From positions 89,342,001-89,406,000 of the forward strand of contig NC_043006.1 in assembly GCF_006345805.1 (NCBI RefSeq): a stretch of 64,000 nt of DNA. Reading direction: 5' to 3'. Position numbers and translations under genes: made by a program. This document shows, piece by piece, positions 38,110 through 52,249 of this stretch. A model generated the notes under the pieces. The model was not told the DNA's origin, made no database searches, and was given only the letters and a program-made list of their open reading frames with translations. Position 1 is the stretch's first letter, and the number at the start of each line of letters is the position of its first letter. This stretch comes from Octopus sinensis (taxonomy: Eukaryota).

Positions 38110-39909
38110 GTGTGTGGAGTATTTATTTTGCATGAAGTGCATTCGTTGTCATTCTCATTATACAAGATACAGTAATCCAGGGATTGGTTCACTGGGAACC
38201 TGTAACCAGCATTGCTGTTGTTTACTAAATGCATGCTACAAAATAAATAAATAAACCAAAGACAATAACATACTTTATGATATAAAGTTAATTGGAAACT
38301 AGTATAAAGATCTAAAACTATGGCTGCCATTTGGAAGTGTGGAGAACTTGGTTACATATACCATATTTTCATTAATTATTTTAGGTATTTGTAGAGTTGT
38401 AGACTGACATAGACACTCTTGGCTCAGTGGAACATTCAGAATGCAACAGCTGGAGAGAGAGAGAGAGAAAGGGAGAAAGGGAGAAGGAGAGAGAGAGAGA
38501 GAGAGCCTGCATTGTGAAATGAAGTACTTTGCTTGCTCAAAGTACTTCATGTGTCAGCTGATACAGAAACTGAACTCATAGTTATATGACCATGAGACCA
38601 ACACCTTTTTACTAGGCCACATACCTTCACTGGTCACCAACATATACATTATAATTAAGGATCATAGACATAGATTTAGCAATGTGGTTTAAAATTTCAC
38701 TTTCCAAGCATGTAGTTCCTGGTTCAATCTCACTGCACAACATCTTGGGCTAAACAATTCTTTGTAAATGAATTTGGAAGATGGAAATTAAATATGTGTG
38801 TGTCTCTGTGCTTGTCTGCCCCACCACTCAAGAACCAGTGACAATTTTCTTATATTCCCATAACTTAGCACTTCAACAAAAGAGAGTGACAAAATAAGTA
38901 CTAAACTTTAAAAAAAAGGACTGGGGGCCTATCTGCTTGACTACCCCCCCCCCCCAAGATGATATTCTATCATGGCTGTAGTCCACAATGCCTGAAAGAA
39001 GTAAAAGAAAAGGTAAAAGATTAAACAAATAAAACTCTACAAGCCAAAGTATGAATTTTCCCCATGTATGCAAGAAATGAAAATCTCAGCATTTGTATTT
39101 TGGTCCAAAACTGAGTGACATAAGCTCCTTAGAATTATTTATGCTATTTTCTGCAATGCAGAGTTTGCATCTTCTGGTAGCATTAATGTATGGTTTGAAT
39201 TTTTCAGTGATCTCTCATCTGATGTCATGTGCTGTATGTGTACTCAAGCAAGGTTTGAGTGAGATGACATTTTGGAAAGCATCTGTGACATGGGTGAGTC
39301 TGAGTAAAAGAGCAGCGTTTGAAGAGTATTTGTATTTGCAACAAAGTGGTATAATTTAGAGCAAAGCTATTTAAGTGGAGAGAGATGCAAAGAATTCTCT
39401 CAGTGAGCATCAAGTTCTTACACTGGAAAACCATAAAAATGATAAATATTAATACTATTGGGATTGGGTCGTTTAATGGTGGAAGGTGCCAAATACATTT
39501 TACTGCTAATGATTTCTCATGTTTGTATCATTAATTGCATCTTTATTGTTTTGTCTGTCCTCCTCCTCCTGCCATTACTATCATCATCACAGGGACCCAT
39601 TTGAAATCATCTCTACTTTTCTGCCCCATAGTCACAAGTTGGAATGGTTTCTTTGATTTTCCATTCATATTAAGTAAATTTCTTCTGCCAACCATTACTG
39701 TGTTAATTTCAAGTAAACGGTGCTATTTTATTTGTCTTACACCACAATTAGTGAACAATATTGCTGTTAGAAGAAATGAAGGGATTGGTCCTTAGTTTAT
39801 TTATATACAGTTTCAGAAATCTTCAGATTTTCCAAGGAAATGGAAAGAAACAAAATAAATTAAAATAAAACAGAATATTTTGTTATATTTAAGAGTTGTG
39901 GTAGTGTAA

Positions 39910-40124
39910 CCCTTTAGCATTCAAATTATTCTGTCAAAAGTAATGTTTATTAATTAACATTGTTTCAAATTAATCATGCATTATCTTGTAGCTTTGGGAT
40001 TTTGATGAGGTAACTATTGATTTTTACAATGATAGGATTGGTGTGAGCGGTCAGATTTGACCAGTTTGAATATAAGACAGGAAGAATTTTTTGGCTGGTT
40101 ATGGCCAGTTTCAATGCTAAAGGG
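39910..40124. mobile_element. MITE with CCCTTTAGCATT terminal inverted repeats (piggyBac-like ends)
   Basis: CCCTTTAGCATT...AATGCTAAAGGG flanked by GTAA and ATAA (degenerate TTAA). A related inverted copy lies at about 63170-63395. Confidence 0.6.
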
Positions 40125-40389
40125 ATAAGCATTCTCAAGCACTAGATGAAAAATTCTTGAATGAAAAAAGTCTACTTTATTCTATTTAATTTCCTTGATT
40201 GAGAATTTTCTCTGCTATTATTGCCAATATACTAATCTGTATACAACCAAAAATGTTTTATTCCTTTATACACATGTTAGCTTTTGGTCACCGTATGCTA
40301 CTCAGGGCTATGGGCAGCAAGCTTCCTCCATCAAGCTTAGTAGGTTGTTACTCTTTCACATCCATTCCACATAATGTTGAATATTTTCA

Positions 40390-40930
40390 CATCATCTTGA
40401 AATATCCATCATCAAGTGATTTGTCCCTTTTAAGCCTGTTAATAGGTGGTACCCAAGTCATGGCTACCTTTAAGTGTTGCTAATTGGACAGATGAAGAAT
40501 GTGTCTAGCTGGGCAGAATCAACACTTCGCTACACTTTCTTGCTGTGACCCTGCTCTTCTCAGAATTTTGTTATTTGTAACACAGTCACACCAGATAACC
40601 TTTAGGATCATTCTGAGATACCTTTCATGCAATACATTTGGTTCTCTACCCATCCTTACTGTATTCTTCCAAATGTCAATGACAGAGATTTCAGGGGACA
40701 GAATGATGGAGTTAAACAGATGCAACTTCATATTAATGTTGATGTTTGAAGTCACTCTCATATACTGGAACACTGTTACTGCACTTCCAAGCCTGCAATT
40801 TCACATCACTAGTGCTGCTTACAACACTATCCAGAGAGGTGAATTGGTTCATTTCTACTTGTTCTGGTAGAAATTAATAACTGCTTCTTGGTCCATAGTA
40901 TTGTCACTCTTCATCACTTTTGTCTTTGCT
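40390..40930 (-). pseudogene. Old RTE LINE RT C-terminal fragment
   Basis: KLHLFNSII..WK.T......NVLHERYLRMILKVIWCDCVTNNKILRRAG is a typical RTE C-terminal motif. Confidence 0.7.
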
Positions 40931-42563
40931 GATCCTAAACCTAATCATCTCTACATTTTGTTGCAGTGAAATACTTGCAGATCTATACTGTTTTCTGCTA
41001 TACCTGTGTGAGTGTGAGTGTGTGTGCATGTGTGTGTTTGTCCCCAACCTTCCCAAGCCCGCATTAATCATTATGCACACTCCTTCCTTCCCAGAATGTC
41101 AGTCTTCTAGAATTCTTTCCTTGTTCATATGTTTTTAAAAGACATTGCAAAGTTTCAGAATAACATTAATGACACCAATCAATGGCACCAATTACTCCAC
41201 TCTCAGAGGCCTGTGAAATCTACAGCTGCTCTACCCAAATTACAAGTCCAGGTTTATACCTGTAATTATTGTGGCACTGGGATATGTAACACACTGCCTA
41301 AGTACCAATCTTGAAAAATTAGGCCTCTCAAAACCAGAAAGTATATATATGTACATGTCTAGACATGTAACTATATGCATGAGTATACCTACATAAAACA
41401 AAACATAAATCTGCGCACATGCAGGGACTCCAAATACTGTACATATACATACATACATGCAAAAATACCCTGTTGTTGTTGAAATTCCAATGAAGGAGCT
41501 TTGGATCTAGGTTACAAACCGACTCTCTATTAACTAGAAGTCTTGAAGTAAAACTGAAAGACAGACAGCTAGACAGACAGATATATATATATGAGGGGAT
41601 ACTTTTAGTTTCTGTTTACTAAAATCAGTCACAAAGCTTTGGCTGACCCAGGGCTATAGATGACACTTTCCCAAGATATCACACAATGGAATCTAAAATC
41701 ATGCAGTTTCAAAGCAAACCTTTTAATGAGACAGCCATGCCTGTGCCCATGTTGTGATTTAATGGAATATTTCAACTTTTATGTCTATCAGTATATCAAT
41801 ATCTTAAATATTGTGAGTCAGTTTTCTTTATAATTGATCGAACATGGCATAGACAAGTGCTCTTCTTGTTCTGAGTGATGGATAAACTGTTCATTACTAT
41901 TTCGCTCAGAATCACAAGGTCCACAACTCATATTCATTGACATCATTACTTAAAGACAATTATGAAACCAAGTGGAAGGCTCAATCTGAGACATTATTTT
42001 TGCACTAAATCGTAGAAATGTAATATTTCATTCTAGATTGGAGTTATACTATTGCTGTAAACTTGGCTTCTTTTACTGTCTCCATACTTAATTATTTTTA
42101 TCTGAAGGGAGGATGCATGGATGCATGGTATCATTCTATGTTCCCTTCACAACTGAAATATCACTTGATGAGTGCAAATGTTCTTCATTTCAGCTGAAGC
42201 ATCATTTGGTGAATATAGACTTTTGTAGATTTACCTCATATAGTTGTTACTTCCAATATTTTATACAATCTAATCCCTTTCCTTTTCCAGATATTATTTC
42301 CAAATGAATCTTAATATATCATTAAAATATGAGGCAGTATTGAATCTTTTTTAAATCTTTCAAATCACAGAGTGAAATACAGTGTACACTACTTCTACCT
42401 TAAGTAGTTGTAGAATTAGTATATTTATCACTTTCTCTACCTTAACTAAAGAACGTTTTTTCATCTTCTGTATTTTGTTGGAAAATTTAATTAGGTTTCT
42501 AATATTTTCAACAATAAGTTTAGCTTCAACAATGAGACTGTCTCATTTTTAGTATAAAGAATT

Positions 42564-43503
42564 TAGCTCATTGAATAAGTATTTCCCATTCTTCTCTTCC
42601 ACAACAACCATAACATTCTTGGCTAAAAGAACAATGTTATAATAAAAGTGAATTGCTTTTAGAATTATGATCCAAATTAATGCCATAATAATGCACTGAA
42701 AGGAATTTAAATAAATTTTGGATAGCTCTTAGATTTGAAATTACTGATGGAACGAAGATTCTGAGCAAGAAAGAACATAATTGCTTTTTGCAGGCCAAGA
42801 ACGTGACTATTGAGTATCAGAAGTACAATGCAGTGAAAATTGCAATATTTTGTTTTAGAATTTGCCATCATTGAGGACTACTACTAAATATATTACTGAA
42901 ATACTAAAGAGGACCACAGAAATTGGTAACTTCATTCCAAAATTTAGCTGCACTAACTCCCAATAAGCTAAAACTGGGAAAATTTTGTCATATAATCTAA
43001 CTTTTTGCTTGTTTCAGTAAGTGAACTGTGGCTAGCTCATTGAATAAGTATTTCCCATTCTTCTCTTCCACAACAACCATAACATTCTTGGCTAAAAGAA
43101 CAATGTTATAATAAAAGTGAATTGCTTTTAGAATTATGATCCAAATTAATGCCATAATAATGCACTGAAAGGAATTTAAATAAATTTTGGATAGCTCTTA
43201 GATTTGAAATTACTGATGGAACGAAGATTCTGAGCAAGAAAGAACATAATTGCTTTTTGCAGGCCAAGAACGTGACTATTGAGTATCAGAAGTACAATGC
43301 AGTGAAAATTGCAATATTTTGTTTTAGAATTTGCCATCATTGAGGACTACTACTAAATATATTACTGAAATACTAAAGAGGACCACAGAAATTGGTAACT
43401 TCATTCCAAAATTTAGCTGCACTAACTCCCAATAAGCTAAAACTGGGAAAATTTTGTCATATAATCTAACTTTTTGCTTGTTTCAGTAAGTGAACTGTGG
43501 CTA
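42564..43503. repeat. Apparently perfect tandem duplication of a 469-bp segment
   Basis: TAGCTCATTGAATAAG occurs at 42564 and 43033; both copies end in GTGAACTGTGGCTA. Confidence 0.95.
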
Positions 43504-44133
43504 TGCTGGGGCAGCACATTAAAGGAATATGTCAAACAGATCAACACCAGTGTTTACTTTTCAGTCTGGAACTTATTCTATCAATTGCTTATATTGAACT
43601 GCTAAGTTACAGCGATGTAAAGAAATGGACTCCAGTTGTCAAGCAGAGGGAGCAACAAGCAAAAGCACAGACATACACATAGATATTTATATAATTTATA
43701 TATCATCATCATCGTTTAACATCTATATTCCATGCTGGCATGGGTTGGATGATTTATCTGCAAACTGGTAAGCTGGGGAGCTGCACCACATTTCAATCTT
43801 ATTTGGCATGGTTTCTATAGCTGGATGCCCTTCCTAACACCAACTGTAGGAACCATGCCAAATCAAACTGAAACTTGGTGCAGCTCCCCATTTATATATA
43901 TATATATGTAACCACATGTGGATCATTGGTGATTTTTTTCCTCCATCTACCTTTTCTCTTGGACTTTCCTCCATCTCCAGTTTCTGATGAAGAGACTTGC
44001 TCAAAATGTAAAACTACTTTTCTTTCCTTCCCTGAGCACCTGCTAATACTGTGCATGTACCATGTCCTCACATTGTTGCTTTTTTCTTGTGTTTCTTCTT
44101 TGTTGTGTTTTGGGGATTTACTATATAAATGTA

Positions 44134-45299
44134 TCTATAATATAAATTGGACATGGGAATGCATTGTATTCTTTCTTGTCTTGAGGTTCACAGCCAAACA
44201 GCTGGGTGGATTCCTGTGAAAAATGGCACACATGTGGAGACGGGTGCATAGATTGCAATGCGGTTTGTATTTTTTCCTAGTTCCCATAGTTACCAAGAAA
44301 ATCGATTAAAACTTTTTCTAATGGAATTCCCCTGCCATTAAACCAACCAGTTGCTCACACAGCCAGCATATACCATTTCGCTAGCAACAAGGAGAGTACA
44401 GGATGACAGCCAGCCAAAGCCATTCATACATATACACACACATATACATACATAACCTCTCTCTCCTTTTCTCTGTCAGTCACTCACACATACACTCACT
44501 ACAAAAAGTGAATAACAAAATTTCAGTTAGCTCTCTTTCTTGGCTATACACAGATACATACATCTATGTATACATACATACATAACAACCTGCATGTGTA
44601 TATGTGTGTGTCACTGAAACCATTCATACATACATAATCTCTCTCACTTTTTCTCTGTCAATCACTCACACATTCACTCACTACTAAAGCGAATAAAAAA
44701 TTTCAGTTATCTGTCTCTCCCTCTTTCTCTCTCTCTCACACACATACATACACACAAACCACACATTCTGTCTTGCACACCCCATCAAACACGCACACAC
44801 ACATGCATGCATGTACACACATCAATTCTTCCGCTTCAGGCCAACTTCAAAAGAACTTCACTCATACAATCATGCTCTCTCTGTCACTTTTGCTTTCATG
44901 CCAACTTCAACTCTATATTAAAATAATAAAATTTTTTGTATGGAAACCGACAATCATTTCCAAAAATGTAAATAAATACATGTGGTTTATAAGTGGTTTG
45001 TAAGTGATAGTCATGTGTTTCCATATCGAAAGATCACCCAATGTTTTAATGATTAGACAAAGGTCCAATAGAATAGCTCTCAGAAACAGACTATGTACAA
45101 ATTCGTTCTTCACAACTCCTGAAGCTGTTTTCTGACAGGGGTGGGGAGTCAGGAAATTTTCATACAGCTGGAGGCTCCAATTGAAACAGAGGACCCGAAA
45201 TGATAAGGTTGAGTAACGGTGTTATAGATTATGCCTAACCGAAAGTGATCACAGCTACATTATCCAAACAGACCGGGTGAAACCGGGCTTAGCTGCTAG
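44134..45299 (+). mobile_element. Non-autonomous Helitron
   Basis: 5' end A|TCTATAATATAAA; 3' hairpin CCGG-GTGAAA-CCGG nine nt before CTAG|T; internal ~100-bp direct repeats (44421-44530 and 44621-44710); no TSD. Confidence 0.65.
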
Positions 45300-45440
45300 T
45301 ATATATATATATTACCCAGTATACTAATGATATATATATATGACGATGATGATGATGATATATATTCATATATAAATTAGACTGGCCCTCGTGCCAAGAC
45401 TAGCCCTCCTTTAGAGAGACTTAGTAATTTTAATATTTCT

Positions 45441-45488
<48 letters not shown>

Positions 45489-45911
45489 GGAGTAAACACA
45501 TAAATGTCAAACAAGGTGGAAAAAAGAGTACTCAAATACCAGAGGTAGAGTAATATGCTTTATTTAAAAGCAGCAGAAATTATATATATGTATGCATATG
45601 CATATATATATATAGACATATATATACATATATCATCATCTTCATCATCATCATCATTTACTGTCCGCTTTCCATGCTAGCATGGGTTGGACGATTTCAC
45701 TGAGGACTGGCAAACCAGATGGCTGCGCCAGGAACCAATCTGATCTGGCAGACTTTCTACAGCTTGATGCCCTTCCTAACGCCATCCACTCCGAGAGTGT
45801 AGTGGGTGCTTTTGAAGTGCCACCGGCACAAGGGCTAGTCTTGGCACGAGGGCCAGTCTAATTTATATATGAATATATATCATCATCGTCATATATATAT
45901 ATCATTAGTAT

Positions 45912-46100
45912 GCTGGGTAAAATGCTTAGCAGCATATCATCTGTCTTTGCATTCTGGGTTCAAATTCCACTGGCGTCAACTTTGCCTTTCATCCTTTTGG
46001 GGTCAATAAATGAAATACCAGTGAAACACTGGGGTTAATATAATTGACTAGTCCCCTCCCCTAAAATTTCAGGGTTTGTGTCTATAGTAGAAAAGATTAT
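45912..46100 (+). mobile_element. tRNA-derived SINE (second family), ending in (TTA)n
   Basis: B-box GGTTCAAATTCC followed by GCCTTTCATCCTTTTGGGGTCAATAAA, a central domain that recurs degenerately elsewhere in the window (e.g. ~4515, ~32515). Confidence 0.65.
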
Positions 46101-46227
46101 TATTATTATTGAGTGAGAGAGCAGAGCATGCCATAAAAGTGACACTCGGGTAAAATATACGAGGCCTAGTATACCTATTATAACTACCTCTCTGATAAGG
46201 GTACATCAGACACATGCCTGGAGTACC

Positions 46228-46263
<36 letters not shown>

Positions 46264-46485
46264 TCTTCTCGAGCGGACGGACGTGTCTCCAGAAGCTGCG
46301 TAAGTTTTGCACCATTTCTGTTGGAAATTTATTTAAAAGTGTAAATATTTTTGGATATTTGTGGGGCCAAGCCGACTAACTTCTTGCGGAGCTAGTTGGT
46401 TAGGCAAAATTTTACCCCATTAGGGGTAAAATTTTCGTTTGAAATATTGACTTTTTAAAATTACATTCACATACATATTGAAAAA

Positions 46486-48540
<2,055 letters not shown>

Positions 48541-48579
48541 AGCCTTTTTCTCCTTTTATTTTTTTGTCACCTTTGAAAC

Positions 48580-51500
48580 ATGGCAAAACTTAGAATCGGT
48601 TGCTTGAATGTGAGAGGCCTTGGGTCACCTTGGAAACCGGGCCACCTGTTAAACGACCTGAGGTTTTATGATGTGGATGTAGCAGCCATTAGTGAAACCA
48701 GGCTTTCCGACCCGCAGGAACTTGCAGCCCTTTTCGGCGGATACGAGATCTTTCTATCTCCGTGTCGGCTGGGAGCGGGCGGTGGTGGTACTGCGGTGTT
48801 GTTTCGGAAGGGCCTGGACTTGAAAATAAGGACAGACTTCCTGGATCCGGAAGGGAAGTTGGTGGTCCTCGACGTAGACGGTAGTGATGGTGGTACTTTC
48901 AGACTGCTGGCTGCCTACGCTCCGACAGGAGCAGGGCAGTCAGATTATTTCAAACGTCTGCAAGTTTTCCTGGGAACGTCACGCACTCTAGTGCTAGTTT
49001 GGGATGCAACGCTGTCTTAGGCGAACGTTTCGATCGGATGGGCAGGGGAGCATCTGATAGGAGAGGAGGGTGCAAGAGCCTCGCCAACCTACTCGAATGC
49101 TTTCAGCTGTCCGACAGGTTTCGACTAGACAACCCGAATGTGCCAATGTGGACTTGGACCAATCGCATCGGGTCGTCTAGATCGTACTTAGATAGAGTGT
49201 TTAGTAGGCCAGCGGATAAGGACAGCATAGAGTGTCCACAATTCCACCTAGTCGACTACACGGACCACAAATTCGTGATCTGTACGGTCGACTTAGATAG
49301 GCTACATAGACAGGGACCCGGCTACTGGAAGCTGAACGCGTCGTTAACGGCGTGCAAAGCTTACAGAGACCGATTATTTTACTAGTTAAACGGGCGCTCA
49401 CAGGGGCAATCATTAACAACAACTGGTGGTTTGCCCTCAAGAGAACAATTAGAGTAGAGTCTATTAGGTTTAGTAAGACTCTAGCTATTGAACATAGGGA
49501 GAGAGGGCGGGATTTAGTTAAGAAACTAGACGAGGCTCTTGAGACTGGCATCGCGACCGACGTGTTGGCGGCAAGGTTGGCCCTCGACCAACACTTTGAC
49601 ACCAAACACGAAGGCTGTGTTGTCAGAGCTAAGGCACGTTCGCTAAGCGGGGAGGGGACTAGAGCCGCTCGATGGGCCCGCGTGGCGGAGGCGAAGCGAG
49701 GCATCAAAGCAACTATTCGGTCTTTGGTGGACCAGAACAGGTGCGAGGTTACCGAACCGAAGCAGATGTGTGCGGTGTTTCAGCGGCACTTTGCTCAACT
49801 GTTTGGGACGAGCGGTGGAACGGACAACGGTACAGACTTCGGTGTGTACCTGGACGGCCTACCGCAACTCTCGGACAGCGAGGCAGAGTGCTGCGAAGGA
49901 CCGATATCTGCCTGGGAAGTGGAGGAAGCGATGAAGAGTTGCATGAGAGGTAGATCGCCGGGAGCTTTACACTTCAATGCCAGACTTGTTTGCGGGCCTG
50001 TTGGCAAACGTCTACTGCAACTGGCAGCAAAACGTCTGTCGAGGGGTGGTGGCTTTGCTAAAAAATGACCCAAACAAGGGAGACATTATAGGGAATTTTC
50101 GGCCCATCACTCTGTTCAATGCAGAGTTGAAGATTTTGGCCAAGGTGCTAGCCAAGAGATTGGCGCTTGTCGTGGACAAGCTGGTTGGCAAGACGAAGAC
50201 ATGCACCGTGCCGACCAGGTCGATACACGACAACCTCCATGCACTACATCATAGAGAGGGTGGGTAACGACGCTGGCATGGGTGGGGCTTTGATCAATTT
50301 AGATCAGAGTAAAGCCTTCTCTCAAGGCAGCTGACTTCGGTTCAGTCTTCCGCGGGTGGATCGCTGCTTTATATGGCAACATCTGCTCGGTGATATGGGT
50401 AAACGGTCACCTTTCGGAACCGTTTGACATCTCGCGTTCAGTCCGCCAAGGATGCCCTCTCTCCTTCCTCTTGTACATATTGACTCTCGAGCCATTACTG
50501 CGCAAGTTGGAGGCTTTGAGGGATATCCTGCACGATCTAGGAGGTGGAAACAGTGTGTCTGCCTATGCTGACGACGTCACCGTGATGGTGTCGAGCCACT
50601 AAACGAGACACTAAACGATTGGCGAGACACTAAACGAGTACGAAGTGGTGACAGGGGCAAAGATTAACGCGGAAAAGTCTGTGGGCTTGCAACTGGGCAC
50701 CTGGAGAGGCAAGCCCATGCCGTCCAACAGTGTCATAGGGAGCTGGACAGACGGACCCGTTAAACTGCTCGGGGTCTGGTTCGGTCCGGACCTCCAGGTG
50801 GATAAAAACTGGGAAGAAGTGACGAGCAGGGTGGCACGTCTCACCCAGAAATGGGCCAATAGGAAGCTGTCCCTGAAAGGTCGAGTGGAGGTGGCGAATG
50901 CGTACATCGCATCCGTCATATATTACTGCTTGACCGTCGTCCCTTGTCCCGAACGCTGGTTGGCCAAGCTGGTACGCCTGCTCTTCGACTTTTTGTGGAA
51001 GGGTCAGGTGCCACTGGTCAGGCGATCCATCTGCTGTCAACGACCGCTGAACGGAGGCCTTGGCATGCCGTGGTTACTGATGCGCAGACATGCGCTCAGG
51101 CTGTGACATCTCAAGCGTTTCCTAGACGGTGAACAGGTGTGATCGTCTTTTGTTAGACGCGACTTTCCGCAGCTCGTCTCTTCTTTGACAGAGCTGCAGA
51201 CCTGGATCAAACGTAGACCGAGAAAGGGCGCTTGGCACCTCGAGTGCTGTCAAGCTCTCTCCGCCCTCCGCCAGGCAGGCAATGCGATCGGTTTTAGTTA
51301 CACTCTAATGTTTTATAGAAGGTTAGTGGAGGAAAAATGCGACGACGTTCTCGGGGAAACTCTAGGCGTTGATGATAACAAACTGTGCGGTCTGTTCGGA
51401 AGGACTTTCGGGCTGGGGCCAATGGATAATTTCCAGAGGTCGCTCACCTGGTAGTGCTACCAAGGGGCTCTGCCTGTTCGGGATAAACTCTACCGACACG

Positions 51501-51937
51501 GAAGTGCCGTCAGCCGGGCCTGCCCGAGGTGTTGCCAGGACGACGAAACCGTTCGGCACGCACTCGTCCAGTGCCCGAGTATTGCTGAACTATGGGTTTA
51601 TGTTGAACAGCTACTGTCACATATAGGACGGATCCGGCTATCAGCTGAATCCATAGTGAAGATTGCCCCGCCGACCTCCTTTAACAAGGAGGGTGAGGCC
51701 GTTTTCCTGTGCCTAGTGGCTGTGGCAAAAGAGGTTGTATGGTGGACCCGTTTGAAAGGGCTAATGTCAGACACTTTCCTCTTTGGTCAAGACCTCATCA
51801 ACTTTTTCAAGTTTCACTTGAAAAGGAAGATGAGGTTAGAGAGGAGAGTGCTGTCTGATAGCAAGTTTTCTGAAAGGTGGGTGAATTGTGCAAGAATGGC
51901 CAGTGTAAATGGACCAATTCTCAGGTTTCGCCTGTGA
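48580..51937 (+). pseudogene. LINE ORF2 (APE endonuclease, RT, C-terminal CCHC), frameshifted
   Basis: LNVRGL, SETR, YAP, SYLDR, TDH, GYWKLN, FRPITLFNAELKILAK, RQGCPLS, AYADD, GGLGMP, CPRC..DETVRHALVQC. Confidence 0.93.
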
Positions 51938-52209
51938 TTGAAAAAGGTCTTATAAAAGGAGAAAGGGGCTCTCTACCCAACTTTTTGACCAGGCTCCCGT
52001 TGGCTTTTATGGGTTTTTCCACCAGGAACCTTTCGAAGCGCCTACCCCTATTGGGAGTTTTTCATTGTTAAATATTTTTGTTGTTACAGTTTTTTTCCAT
52101 GGATTTTTACAAACGGACAAAACCCTTTTTAACCTTTCGTCCTGTTTTGTCCGTTTATGTTTTCTAATCATGTGTGTCAGCCCTTGTGGCCAATAAAAAG
52201 AATTAATCA

Positions 52210-52240
<31 letters not shown>

Positions 52241-52249
52241 TACTATTAT

